Below, piece by piece: positions 12,501 through 24,295 of a stretch of DNA of 64,000 bases. The position numbers were made by a program, and so were the translations under genes. Below the pieces are notes generated by a model, which had not been told where the DNA came from, did not search any database, and saw only the letters and a list, made by a program, of their open reading frames with translations. This DNA is from Tubiluchus corallicola (Eukaryota; Animalia; Priapulida). The stretch is from contig JAQGDQ010000279.1 in the NCBI GenBank assembly GCA_030141605.1, positions 62,001 through 126,000 on the forward strand, given 5' to 3'. Position 1 is the stretch's first letter; every line of letters begins with the position of its first letter.

Positions 12501-15500
12501 ATGGCTAAGGTGTCTGTCAGTTGAGTGTCACATTAAAGAAGTATCCCCATTAAAGAGCTCGGTTATAGTCCTGACACAAGGCCACCACCATCTGCGTTAC
12601 GTTGTTTCAGTATCTTGCAATTCTAGAAGTTGGATTGCTGTTTGGCAAACTGTACAAAAATCACTGCATAGCTGCATGGGCCAGAAGAAATGGTAAAGTG
12701 CTGATATATCTGACGCAATCTCAAATGGTGTTAACCTTTGGCTATGGGAAATATTTCATGGTCGCGTGAATACTGGTAATGAGGTGAAATCTCAGTCTAC
12801 GTATAAATACAGAGGAAATGCTACTGTATCACTTTTGTTGGCCACTAAATCTACATCATGTCTTTGACTACTTTGTTGTATTAAGTTTACACATTGAAAT
12901 TTATATGACGAAAATCGTCAGAAGGTATGTTTTTATTCAGTGAATTATGTTATTTAATTGGCTTAAGGAGACCTAATATAGGCCGTTTTTCCATAATAAT
13001 GACAAATGTCAAAGCCAGCTGCACTCACTATAAAAATATTTAGCGTTTGTTTCGTTTATCATTTTGCCTATACTAAATAAAGAAGAAAGTCGATATGATG
13101 ACAAACTGACTCTGGAGTAAAAATGTAACCCACTGTGGTGTAATTAATATTATAATCAAAGTAAGTGACATTGCAAGAGATCAAATGACATATCCTTACA
13201 ATAGACAGACAATCACTTAATCACAGAAAAAGACAGGTACTGGCAGCTCCATGGCAAAATGTTACAACAAAATAAATATGCTTAAGATGTTTTTGCACCC
13301 CATTTCCAGTGGTTGGGGGTTAAGGACTTTACAAAAATACAATGATTAAACAATGACTACTAGTTACTTTTGAAAGAAGAAAGCACATTTTTGCTTCCAT
13401 GTCGGGTGTCAACCTTGAGATCAGAAACTTGCGCTGTGTCCTAGTAGCCATCAGCTGATTCACACCTGAAGAATTCATTTAAAAAATTCTCATTATAACA
13501 GTTGAAGAGTCTAACGTGCTGTTTCACAAATATTGCAAAATGATAAAAGACACCAGTCTTTTCATGCAAATTATCAGATAACTAATAAACCGCTATCGGA
13601 AAATCCAGTCATACAGCATCGGCACAAAACATCCCACTAAACAAAACCACAGTTTAATATTAATGTGGTATTTGAGTATTTTTATGCAAATCCTTCCAAT
13701 CAAGGCCACTGACCACTGACTACTGACCACTCTAGGCAGTTAGGATATTCAGAGAAGTTTTATAATAGTCTTGCTAACAATAATTTATAAAATTCATTTA
13801 GTATTTGAGGATGTAGTTAATGGGAAAGCAACTTTCTAGTAAAGAATTCCACAGATAAGAAGCCCAGGAAAACAGAATTTATAAGCAGCTGCACTGCATT
13901 AAAAATGTCTAGGGTAGAAGCGCCTAAAAATCAGGGCTTTGGTCATTCTAAATCTTTTGCAAAGATTTATGCATAGACTTATGCATGAAATTAAAATAGC
14001 AATTTAAAACAGTATCTAAAGCACAAAAATTACACATGAACGTTCTTTTTAACAGAACAAGAACCAGTGCAATTTATGACTAGGGCTGTAACGATGCATC
14101 TAGATCTGGATACGATACGTATCACGATACACCTGAGTCAACGTTTGCAGGTTTCACAAAAAAAAACTAGATGAAGCCATTGATAATAAATGCTAAAAAT
14201 ATTTTACCAATTAACAGCTTTTGCTAAATTCTCAAACAACTGAATAAACTGTTTGATTTTTATTTATTAGTTGTGTAATATGTACGCTATTGTTTGCATC
14301 GTAGGTTACCAGAAAAGCAATACATATAAATACTTTAGGTTTTAAAAGTTGCTCGTGCATTTTCTGATTCCTTTTTGCCATTTCGCAAGTTTATATGTAA
14401 ACAACATAATTTGCACACTATAAATTAACACCTTACATTTCCAACCACTTTAACTGCTAGCAGTGCTGGGTTTAATCAACTACTGTGCACTGTACTAATT
14501 GCTACATATCTACAGTACACTCTACTTCTTCAATCACTTCACTTTGTTTTTATCAGCAGATGGTTGAGCATGTGCTAATTTGCTAAATATGATTGACTCA
14601 GATCGCCATGATATGGTGCACTTTGGCGATACGCTTATCGTAATAAAAGATATCACGATCCATTGATACATCGATGTATCGTTAAAGACGTATTCATGAC
14701 TTTGATCTCTAGGTGCTGAAAACCAAACAAAGATAAATTGTCACATCTTACCAGTAAACTGAGCACATAGTGATGTTGGGCTTGTTAGGATATCCTTCCA
14801 CAGCTTCTCAAACTCTGGTATCCTAGCAACGTTTTGCAGTAGGCGAACTAAATCACGACCAATAGCCATGCAGTCTGCAAACTAAGAACACAAAATCATA
14901 CAAATGGATGAATGAAACAGAAATTAAAGGAATGTAAGCTATTTTTTGAGTTCAATTTCACAGAATCGTAAACCAAAACTAATTACCTCATTAGATTATT
15001 GTAAAACCGCACGAAATTTCATTATGCATATTACGATAGAATGACAATGAATTGCTTACTTAATAACAAACATAATAAATTAAAAGCTAATTTGAAACAA
15101 TCACATTTAATTAATTAATTTAAAATGTTGGTTAAATAATTAAGTTACCAACCTTTTCTCGTAAAAGTGAAATACAAAGATCCACTTCACGTTGTTTGAG
15201 TGCCGCCAGCATTGGGGCACTGTGATCCACGAGAAGTCTAAGGTAAGTGTAGACAACCATGCCCAGTAGTATGTTGTATTTGTCCAGCCAAGGCCTGAGA
15301 AAATGAAAATTGTTACTGTAGATACAGAGTATAACTTCGACAATGACAATAATGACAACAACAAGAGTCAACCTGAAGTCATGGTAGCACCAAACAAAGT
15401 TCTCAGTTCATGCTGGGAAAATAAAAAAGAAGTTCACAATATAAAATCCTTTTAAATGCATAAAATGCACACCTGATTATAATTATTTTCATGAAACAGA

Positions 15501-18500
15501 CTTTGTCATCGAAGAAGAAATAAATGCCCATCCAAATTGATGAAATACTATACTGTATTAAGATCACAACAAAACTGATAATAAAGTTCCATTGTTTGGT
15601 ACAAGAAGTTAAAGGAGAAGGGTAACACAATGAATTACTAAAGTGGGCAATGCAAACCCTAGTGATGCCAAGTGCGGCAAAATCTTCAACCGCATTATAA
15701 ATAAAAATCTACTCGTTCAAATTTAAATTAGTCAGTTCAAGAATCTGCGAGTAAAAATGAACGTTACCTGAATTCTATGAAAATGTCTAGCATCGACTCG
15801 GCTAACCAAATGTTTTTTGGTGAAGTGTCGCCACCTGGAAAGATATCAATATGCTCAATTCATTAAGAAGAAAATCAATACATTAAATTGGTATGATTTA
15901 CGCAAACTTATGGAAAGAAAAAAACATGTGAACTAGACACCAAGCCATTGCTGTTAGTTAGGAGAACTTCTTGCAAAGACTGCAGAAAAAAATATGACAG
16001 CCAATAAGGAAGTAGTTATTAATTCCAGATACAGCAAAAAATTTACCTGCAATTTGTCTGAGTAGCGAATTACAAACGCTGTCCGCACCAACCACTTGAT
16101 TTTTCACCAATTCCTTAGTAAACCATAGGAGCTGAAACACGATACCATCTTTATGAGTGAACAGTGCTAAACTAGTGCTATAAGTGAACTCATTGCAATT
16201 CACTGTACTGGAACAATGTAATATACTAACTTAACATAGTATAATGCACTACTTTACTGTAGAATTTATGAATTTCATCACATTGCAATGAATGTGCAGT
16301 TGTGAAATTCTCAAAGCTAAACATAGCTGAAAACAGAATGTGGTAAAATCAGAACCAAGACTGGATTTTACTCGGATGGACAACTCTTGCAATCAGAGCT
16401 GGTTCTAATTTAATCACAATGGCTCATTGATCCTTTCAATATTTCCCAGCGTTAGCTAATTTATGCTAGAATAACTGCTACTTATGTTAAATTTTTAATT
16501 CGTTTTAAGCTAAGACAAATCTGTGGACAACAAATTAATTAATTTTACATATATTATTTCACATAAGTAACACTTGTAAATAATAAGTACATTTCCATAT
16601 TGTTGACTAAAGTAAGTCTGCTGTTAAAACAAACAACCACAATGTTTTAGACTGTTTATTTTTACCTGGTTAACCCATGTATGATGCTAATGATTTTGAA
16701 AAGTGAAACTATTTATCTATAAACTAAAAATAGGAAATCAGCTTACATGTTGAGATTCAAAGGAGAAGTTACCTTCAAGATGTTTGCATAACCCAGAAGT
16801 ACATTAGTTTTCTTTTCGTAAGGACATGTATAAACATGTGTTTCGCTGTAATAAACACTCTTTTTCCAACAGAAACAAATACCTAATCGACGTATCCAAT
16901 GTTTTAGTAAGTTCCACAAAAGTATATAGCAAATTTCTTGCTTAATCTCGTACAATTTTTCTGGTCCTCCCAATACACCTGCATAAAAAATTTTGTACAA
17001 AACATCATAATGCGCACCTGAGTTCTCGGAGTTTCTTGCACTCTAGTGTATTTCTCTATTATAATCTGATTTGTGCGGGTCAAAACAAAAGTCATTCCAT
17101 CACGAGTGAGCAGAGTCAGGTCCCGATAACACTGTAATTACACAACAACAAAAACTAATTATTTATCATCTGAATTCCAAGATTACAAATTAATGACTGA
17201 AACAAGAAAATGTGACACATCAGAACTGAGCCTGGATGTGTAATCCAAAGCCCCCTGGTTCTAATCCACAACTGTCTCGATATTTTTGATCAATTTGGCT
17301 TTTAAAAACTTAACTGGAAGTTCATTAAATTAAGTGATAGAAAGCTCAAACAATGTGTTATCAAAAATATTTGAAAAATACAGATTTAACAAGCACACAC
17401 AAAAGTAAGTATATTACCACGCTAAGTAATATTCTGCTATGCCTGTTAATGTTAATATCCTTAATGTAAGTTAAAATGTCAATGTATAGACGTCTCATCT
17501 AGAGAGATGTCTAGCGTGATGACTTTGCAAAAACACTCTGTGAGCCGTACATTATCTAGGAGTGTTTGGGATCGAGGCTGTTATGATCCTGATCCTCAAA
17601 CCTCAATATTGAATTTTCTTCAAACCCCAAACCACATACTATAGGTTTTTGAAGCACATGAGAAGAAACGAGTCATTTATCAAGTTATTCATCACTTAAA
17701 TTTCATGATAAAATATTGTTTATTGGGTTTTTTTACTATAATTGCATCACACTATTTTTTAAATGTCTTGTAAGTAGTTGAATTAACTATCCATGGCACA
17801 TGCAGAAAGAGCACATTCGAGTTGACTCTCTGTGAGGTGTACTTGCAATTATATTGAAACAATTTAGGCAAAGTGTTCTGTGTCATTTTTATTTCACAGT
17901 ACATCTACTATTATCTTTCCTAACTAATTATCGTCCAAGCAGGCAATGCTTCTTAGCCAGTATCGCTATGCATAATTATTCTTTCTAACAATTATTTTAA
18001 TTTCACAGCAAATTTGTAGCTGGCACACTGCCAGGCAGGGTGAGGGTGAAACCTGTTTATACGGTTTTTCTTTCATGGTTCTAGTCGCTTATATACTTAA
18101 GGTTTAAATGTATATTATTAATGCAGCATTGAACAAAGTTTCAACAAAGCACATGTAAATAATTTATATAATCTCAATTTCAAAATGACTTGTTGAAACT
18201 ACTGATTAGTGGAATAAACCTACAATTATTGAATTTATGAAGCCATAGACTCTGAAAGGAAATCTGAAAGGTCAGAATCGAGCATGGTTTGAAAGTACAG
18301 GTGAGTGAATCATGTTGCGGTTATCAATATTAAGCAGGTGGAGCCAAAAGTGCAGAATATTGCTGCAGCTTATATCCATTTACTGACAAATATATTTACG
18401 GTTCAGGGTCGGGAACCCCGATCCTGAACATTTCGTCCCAACCCGAACCTTGTACCTGACCAATCGATCACAAACCCAAAAAAATCCTGACATCGAACTC

Positions 18501-19688
18501 AATTAGCGTCGCTACCACTGACCCCGAGGCGAACCTCGATCCTGTCCGGAACCTTGAACAATACTCCAAATTAGACGACAGCAAAATGACCACGCGAATA
18601 AAAACGTCAAAGCGACAAAGTAAATTTTTATGAAGCCGCGCTTACGCCCCCTGGCAATCAAGGAATTTCTAGTTTTCATTTCTCATGGCTATTTATAACT
18701 GAGTAAAACTTACATAGGGAGCATTCTGTGGTTCATTGAAAATCACATACATCAATCCAAGAGTGACATCTTCATGTTGCTGTGCACCTCTACAAATCTG
18801 GAAAAACAAATAAAAAATTTTGTTAACTTTAAGCCATTTTTTCATGTCATCAATTATTAATACCCACTGCAAAAACTAGACCTGCAATTAAACACTATGG
18901 TATTAGCGTAGCTCTGCTGTAGTACATGAAGTTTCAACAGGCAGTCAGTAGATTGATAGTTATTGCAGCTTTGCCTCTAAATGAATTTTACTATACACTT
19001 GTAGTGCACCTTTAAAGTTTAATAAGACAGGACTGGCTTTAACATCTGAATTAACTTACTGCAGCATTCAGGGCATCATTTGCTTCCCTCTCTGACAGGC
19101 CTTTTGTAACATTTGTCAAGAACTGGTAGCCTCGTTCAAACCTCTGGAAAACAGAGAACATAATATATGAATCTTCAAAAATTCAAAACCGAAAGATTAG
19201 TTGCCATACCTCACATAATGTCCTCTTTCTCCCCCTTTCTCATTCACTCTCGCTCTAAACCTACTTAAGAGTTTATAACACTTACAGTGTCTTTAGCCTT
19301 CTAGCCGTGACTTAGTTTGCCTTTGGCATATAATAAAATTTTTTATTTAAATCACATCACATCAACACTTGCTAGTGCCAGTGTGTTAGATTTCAGGCAT
19401 TGCTTTCCAGTTGAACACTGCCAGGCGCTGATACTGATAGTACCCCAAACCCTTTAGCTGTTCGCCTCGGAGTCATCAACCAGCAAATGCCAATTCGAAA
19501 TTATGAAAGTTGGAAAATCTGTGAAAAAGATACGATGCTTATTCTTGGAGGAATTGCCGTATGTTTACAATAGTTTTCTGAATAATTTTATTAAAATTTC
19601 CAACACTAACCTCTTCCAATTCATCTTTAGGTTCTACTGCAGATGTAGTAAACAGCTTTGCACCAGAAAGTTTATTCTCACTTGTCAT
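379..19688 (-). CDS. INTS3: Integrator complex subunit 3 (SOSS-A); 26 coding exons in window, 3' end lies beyond position 1
   Basis: Hand-spliced GT-AG exons stay in one frame across all 25 junctions. The translation is clearly INTS3 (KDELEE|[14 protein letters not shown]; CYRDL; [14 protein letters not shown]; VYTYLRL; [19 protein letters not shown]; RLTPDME; [23 protein letters not shown]; [19 protein letters not shown]; [18 protein letters not shown]; CQEDDVRL; [11 protein letters not shown]). No stop codon is reached before the window edge. Confidence 0.97.
1158..1320 (-). CDS. INTS3: INTS3 exon 25
   Basis: [53 protein letters not shown]; 163 nt. Confidence 0.95.
2599..2743 (-). CDS. INTS3: INTS3 exon 24
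   Basis: [48 protein letters not shown]; 145 nt. Confidence 0.95.
3012..3071 (-). CDS. INTS3: INTS3 exon 23
   Basis: [20 protein letters not shown]; 60 nt. Confidence 0.94.
3452..3870 (-). repeat. Dispersed repeat family A, copy 1
   Basis: Alignable to 7715-8060 (same strand) and to 31610-31890 and 62190-62455 (opposite strand), e.g. aatgttat.taaacttgttt...tatgcaataagaca.catgta. Confidence 0.75.
4608..4701 (-). CDS. INTS3: INTS3 exon 22
   Basis: [31 protein letters not shown]; 94 nt. Confidence 0.92.
5193..5312 (-). CDS. INTS3: INTS3 exon 21
   Basis: [40 protein letters not shown]; 120 nt. Confidence 0.94.
5413..5704. mobile_element. PIF/Harbinger-type MITE in an INTS3 intron
   Basis: Imperfect TIRs (tggcatattcagactaatgacttttctc / gagaaaattctcactagtctgaaggcgtcg), TTA on both flanks (5410-12, 5705-07), internal repeats of ttcagacta. 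Confidence 0.6.
6062..6106 (-). CDS. INTS3: INTS3 exon 20
   Basis: [15 protein letters not shown]; 45 nt. Confidence 0.92.
6292..6398 (-). CDS. INTS3: INTS3 exon 19
   Basis: [35 protein letters not shown]; 107 nt. Confidence 0.93.
7409..7466 (-). CDS. INTS3: INTS3 exon 18
   Basis: [19 protein letters not shown]; 58 nt. Confidence 0.92.
7441..7570. repeat. 70-bp tandem duplication spanning the INTS3 exon 18 acceptor
   Basis: gcactgttcttcacca.ccctaaaa..a..a.gaacaat.ttagaa.acaa occurs at 7448 and 7518. Confidence 0.8.
7715..8060 (-). repeat. Dispersed repeat family A, copy 2
   Basis: ttattgcacacagagcttgtattagcagtaa..tgtaaatttaa; tttttggtgagccagtgg; matches copy 1. Confidence 0.7.
8088..8235 (-). 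CDS. INTS3: INTS3 exon 17
   Basis: [49 protein letters not shown]; 148 nt. Confidence 0.92.
8440..8805. repeat. Degenerate ~41-bp minisatellite at the start of INTS3 intron 16
   Basis: Recurrent cac(t)cacccagtaaacagtgacatgttttagtcagttaaaa units. Confidence 0.7.
8806..8979 (-). CDS. INTS3: INTS3 exon 16 (linker)
   Basis: [57 protein letters not shown]; carries the conserved AxFSDxE motif; 174 nt. Confidence 0.9.
9330..9424 (-). CDS. INTS3: INTS3 exon 15
   Basis: [31 protein letters not shown]; 95 nt. Confidence 0.95.
10073..10164 (-). CDS. INTS3: INTS3 exon 14
   Basis: [31 protein letters not shown]; 92 nt. Confidence 0.95.
10377..10456 (-). CDS. INTS3: INTS3 exon 13
   Basis: [26 protein letters not shown]; 80 nt. 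Confidence 0.96.
10998..11085 (-). CDS. INTS3: INTS3 exon 12
   Basis: [30 protein letters not shown]; 88 nt. Confidence 0.96.
11251..11394 (-). CDS. INTS3: INTS3 exon 11
   Basis: [48 protein letters not shown]; 144 nt. Confidence 0.96.
11540..11660 (-). mobile_element. tRNA-derived SINE fragment in INTS3 intron 10
   Basis: Minus-strand B box GGTTCAATTCCC followed by gaccgcctcataccgaagac, typical of tRNA-SINE heads. Confidence 0.55.
11880..11927 (-). CDS. INTS3: INTS3 exon 10 (48-nt mini-exon)
   Basis: ttcttcaag|[16 protein letters not shown]|gtatgt. Confidence 0.93.
12335..12590 (+). mobile_element. Degenerate 5S-rRNA-derived SINE with a Deu/Nin-like domain
   Basis: AAGTTAAGCA...CGGTTAATAAATGGATGGGTGA aligns by eye to the 5S A-box/IE/C-box segment. 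Downstream GAGGATG..AAAACC..CACATTAAAGA..AAAGAG..GTCCTG resembles the Deu domain as recalled. Confidence 0.5.
13368..13465 (-). CDS. INTS3: INTS3 exon 9
   Basis: [32 protein letters not shown]; 98 nt. Confidence 0.95.
14081..14692. mobile_element. hAT-type MITE in INTS3 intron 8
   Basis: TIRs TAGGGCTGTAACGATGCATC / GATGTATCGTTAAAGACGTA; 8-bp TSD tttatgac/ttcatgac; subterminal CGATAC repeats. Confidence 0.75.
14752..14881 (-). CDS. INTS3: INTS3 exon 8
   Basis: [44 protein letters not shown]; 130 nt. Confidence 0.95.
15153..15294 (-). CDS. INTS3: INTS3 exon 7
   Basis: [47 protein letters not shown]; 142 nt. Confidence 0.95.
15768..15834 (-). CDS. INTS3: INTS3 exon 6
   Basis: [23 protein letters not shown]; 67 nt. 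Confidence 0.95.
16047..16131 (-). CDS. INTS3: INTS3 exon 5
   Basis: [29 protein letters not shown]; 85 nt. Confidence 0.95.
17018..17131 (-). CDS. INTS3: INTS3 exon 4
   Basis: [38 protein letters not shown]; weak donor GTGCGC; 114 nt. Confidence 0.95.
18714..18797 (-). CDS. INTS3: INTS3 exon 3
   Basis: [28 protein letters not shown]; AG/GT boundaries; 84 nt. Confidence 0.95.
19060..19143 (-). CDS. INTS3: INTS3 exon 2
   Basis: ttccag|[28 protein letters not shown]|gtaagt; 84 nt. Confidence 0.95.
19611..19688 (-). CDS. INTS3: INTS3 coding exon 1
   Basis: [26 protein letters not shown], then donor GTTAGT; 78 nt. Confidence 0.9.
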
Positions 19689-19844
19689 TTCTCAAAAAGT
19701 CTTCTTAAAGATCAAAATCACATTGACAATTTTACACCATTCTCTTTTGCCTCACGGAGGCGGACATGCTCGATAATGAGGTTTGAGAAATTGACGCACC
19801 GCGATTTTTTCATACTACAAAAGTACTTGCCACGCGCAGCTTAG

Positions 19845-21000
19845 TTACCACCAAGCCTCTTAGGCTCTTCCTCTACATTCATATCCATATCCAATGTTAA
19901 GGCTAGAGGTAGATCCATGGATCCCTGTAATGCGTGTTCTGTACTCGCATAAGTCTGTGTATGGTACAAGAATTTTTTTCTGATTTCACTCATGTTCTAA
20001 ATTTCGTCTGAGTTTATTAAAAACTTTTTCATTGACTTTGATGCTGTAGTTTTGCAGCCTAGACCATTCCAACTGTTTACTGCTCGGTTGCTGAAGGCGT
20101 GCTTCCTTACATCCAGTCTGTCTCTGGATTTGTAGAGTTTATAAGGATGTCCTCTTGTAATTGCTGAATTCCTCAAAAAGAATGACGACTTGTCCAAAAC
20201 ATCGATTTTATTGATAATTCTAAAAACCTGTATCATGTCACTTCGTTGGCATCTGTATTGTAAAGACGGAATGCTTAATTTTCTTAGTCTTTCTGTGTAA
20301 TCGAAGTCTGTGAATAATGGAACCAGCTTTGTAGCCTTTTGTTGCACGTTTTCTATGAGTTGAGCATCTCCTATAAACCTAGGTCCCCAAACAACATTTG
20401 CATATTCTAGGTTTGGTCTAATAAGAGTTTGATTATGCGAACAATCATTTTACTGTTTATGTATGTAAATGCATGTTTGATGGCTCCAAGAATTTTATTG
20501 GCTTTGTTTACCATCAAGCTTGTGTGATTGTGAAAGTTCAGGTCCTCATCAATTAGCAAACTCAAGTCTTTCTCACAGTTTGTGACCACTAATGATTTCA
20601 TTATGCCTTCATCGTCTTCTGTGGAATAAGTGTATTTTCAATTATTATAACCCATATGGAGCAATTTACATTTCACTGTTTTGAATTTTTATTGCCATAA
20701 CCTAGATCAATCAGCAAGAATGTTAATGTCCTGTTGAAATTGAACCAATGATTGATCACTGTATAGTGGGCTATACATTTTTTAATCACCTGCAAAAAGC
20801 TTTACAGTCGCAGATATTTGATCTGGCAGGTCATTAATGAAGAAAAAGGCATAGACCAATTACACAGTCTTGCGGGATACCACTTTGAACATCTAGAAAA
20901 TATGATTCACTACCATTGACCATGACCTTTTGCCTTCTATTACACAGAAATTATTCTATCCAACGTATCCCCGTTCCTGGACTCTTCGTAATTCAACAAA
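19845..21000 (-). mobile_element. 5'-truncated, degenerate CR1-clade LINE (RT C-terminal half and 3' UTR)
   Basis: Broken frames give NRRQKVMVNG..SGIPQDCVIG..FINDLP..VKLFAGD* (degenerate FADD), EKDL..ID.DLNFHNH..VNKANKILG, LEYANVVWGP, ENVQQKATKLVP..Y.ERLRKL..SLQYR..RSDMIQVF, RGHPYKL..RLDVRKHAFSNRAVNSWN. Stops and frameshifts present; 3' hairpin GAGCCTAAGAGGCTT. Confidence 0.9.
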
Positions 21001-21609
21001 CAAAGGATGTTAACGATAACTACGAGTATCGTAAGTAACCAGTAAGTAAATGATTTATTTGTCTCTAAATTTTTACAAGATAAAGATAAACAATTCCAAA
21101 AATTATAATAAACAGAAAAGAGAAGGGATGGCAAAAAGAACAATGGTCACCAGGTTAGCCACCCCTATCACCTATTAAAGAAAATTAAGTGACTTGTCAA
21201 GTGGCATACACAAAAAATATCAACAATTCGAACACGAAAAAAGAAAAGAAAAATAACTTGGCAAAATGTGAAGTAAGTTCAAATGAATTTAGAATTAGAA
21301 ATGTCAAACAGTAAATAATTTAAGGCAAATGGGATGAAAAAAGAGATATGATGAGATGATTTTTCTGTAGCAATACGAAAAATTTGTTTTTACATCGTAT
21401 TGACATCATTCTAGGAGTACTGTAATCGTATCGAATTTAGTGCGTATCAATGCTTATTTTTCACCTTTACAAGAAAAATCATTAAATTTTCATGTTGCTT
21501 TAATCATTTTATGTTTGAATAAGTTTCTTGTACTGTAATACTGTGGTGGCTGGTATATATATTCAGTCGCATTATGCCACTCACCACCCACACCACACTC
21601 ACTACATCA

Positions 21610-21727
21610 TACCATACCATACCATACCATACCATACCATACCATACCATACCATACCATACCATACCATACCATACCATACCATACCATACCATACCAT
21701 ACCATACCATACCATACCACACCACAC
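21610..21727. repeat. (ATACC)n microsatellite
   Basis: Direct reading. Confidence 0.95.
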
Positions 21728-22866
21728 CAAACCCACCATATAACATGGTGATCATGATCATGGCAAAGACGATGACGACACTTACAACACCAACAACACA
21801 ACAGCATAGTGAAACCATGGAAAACATTTTGCACAAAGTTGAAACTGTGTGCTATGATAAAGAACTATTAGACCCATTTACCAATAACCAATAATGCACG
21901 GACATTTTGCATAGTTTTGCACATTGCTTCTTAGATGATTGTGTGTATATATATATAACACTGAGTATAACACTGAAAGTATGTTTCGGTTGTAGGAATA
22001 TTTAATTTTCTCTGTTTGATGTAGCGTAGTAATTGCTATAAGATGACTTCTATTTAAGTATCCAATAACTAGTTTTAGGGCACAGTTTTGCATTCGGTCA
22101 AGCCTGACAAGAGAATTTTTTGATATGTTTGTTATGATAGGTGGCAGCCATATATTAGATGAGGAAGAACTAATGTTTTATAAATTAATGGTTTAGTTTT
22201 AATGTTCATTTGTCCTTTGACTTGTCTTAAAAATGACATGCTATTTCCTCTTTTCTGTTTTATGTTATTTACTTGACTGTTCCATGTAAGTTTGTTGAGT
22301 ATTTCCATCCTTGGATTGTTTTATTGCTTCATTGCATGAAAACACGGTTACAGGCGCCTCACAAGGACTTCGTCTAAATGCTTCACACGCCCCCTCATCA
22401 CTGCACCACTACCAAACATGCCAAACCACCAAATTTGACATCGTCAAACTCGCTAAAACTAATTGACTGACTAAAGTTAGTCAGTCAATCAGTCAGTATG
22501 CGCACACGTGCATGTGTTCACTGTTCATTCATTCGTTTGTTCGCGTATATTTTGCTCTTTTCAGTAGGTCAGTTAGTCTGTCAATCAAATAGCCAGCCAG
22601 GCGAGTGTGTAATTATAGTTAGTTAGCTAATGAGTTTGTACATAACATTGTTTTTTCCGCATAATTATATTGACAAAGATTTTACCAAGAAATGTGTAAC
22701 ACTTTGGTTTCCTGACAAAATTTACATTTCGTCTAAGTGTGGAATACAAATTTCCATTTGGAAAGCTGTTTCCAACACAAACGTGTACTTAGGAAATCTA
22801 TACAAAGTATATCGGCTACGTACAATCTGCGTTCAAAAATCTGAGAGCGTTCTGAGAGCGAAGAAA

Positions 22867-22995
<129 letters not shown>

Positions 22996-24245
22996 TCATA
23001 TTCACACTTAAAATCATATTTTAAAAAATCGTTATGAAACATTGTGAGCAACTATGCATATATGAGTTTTCTGACATTCTATAAATTAAAATGCCTTCAC
23101 ACTTTTAGTGCTCTGCTGTATCATGTAAATAACTTGATTTTATACGCACACATTTATGTAAGAGAAGATACCACAGACAGATCGTTAACAACTCTAAAAC
23201 TTTTTTCCTACATTAAAAATTTATTGCACTGTATAATCAAAAAAAAACAATCGTGTAGATAGATGTTTTCTGAAGACTAGAGGTTTTTAAAGATTTTTTT
23301 CCAATTCGATTTGTAAAAATATGAAATGCATTTTCTGCTGATATTGTTAACAGTCGTAATGTTAAGATCCTTTAAATTTTAAATTGTTTAACAGTTTTGA
23401 CCTGATGGGATCCAGGTTGTATTTTTAATTAGTTTTATGAATTTTCTAGCTTCTTTCATGAGGTAAACGCTATTCTGTTTTCTTCAACTATGAAAAATGC
23501 TTTCCATCGATGGATAGAACCGAAATTAATTTTAATTTCTGTATTTTAATAACATATAGTATTTATCCTAAATTACGTTTTAATTTTACATAGGTCTCAG
23601 TTAAGTACCTACTTATTACGTCTCTACTTCTGCTGTACTCGTGGATAAAATGTGGTTGAGCATGAATGGTCACCAAGTTAAGTTATTCTATAATGAACAT
23701 TGCAGCGATACTTTCGGTACGTATTACCTTCTTGCAAATATTAACTTTTATTCAAGGGTGTCCTTTTTGTAAGAAAATTAGCTAGTTTGTTATCTAAGGT
23801 CAGCCAGTTAGTTAATTAGTTCGTCAGTCAATTAATTAGAGAAGTGGCTTCGATTTTATCGGTGTGGGCAGTTTTTTCGGTATGGCAGATTTGACGTATC
23901 TGGCGGTATGGCAGGTTTGTCAGGTTCGACGGTATGGCACATTTGGCAGATTTACGGGTTTGGTAGCCTAGGTGAGTGACAGTGGTGCAGTGATGAGAGT
24001 GCGTGTGATGTAAGTATAATCCATGCAAAGTCTTTGTGCGTGTTCCACGTGGCATGCTAGCGCACTAGAAGTTTTCCAACGTTTTGTGATGTTCTTACAT
24101 GGATCATGTACCCATTTTTGGAGGTTTTTCGCCTCCCATTCCTTCCGATGGGTCGAGGCCTTTCGTTTGATATATTGGTCGCTGAAAATGGTGCCCTCGC
24201 GAGAGCTGTAGCTCCATCGGTTATGTATATACACACATATACATA

Positions 24246-24295
24246 ATTAATTTCGGTGGTATAAATATATATATATATATACCACCGAAATTAAT
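24246..24295. repeat. 50-bp near-perfect palindrome
   Basis: attaatttcggtggtata-(TA)n-tataccaccgaaattaat. Confidence 0.85.

Noticed and set aside
23968-24234. 88-aa ORF with an SALACHV motif reminiscent of Penelope GIY-YIG ends
   Set aside because: No GIY/YIG motif or RT nearby; similarity too short to support a call.
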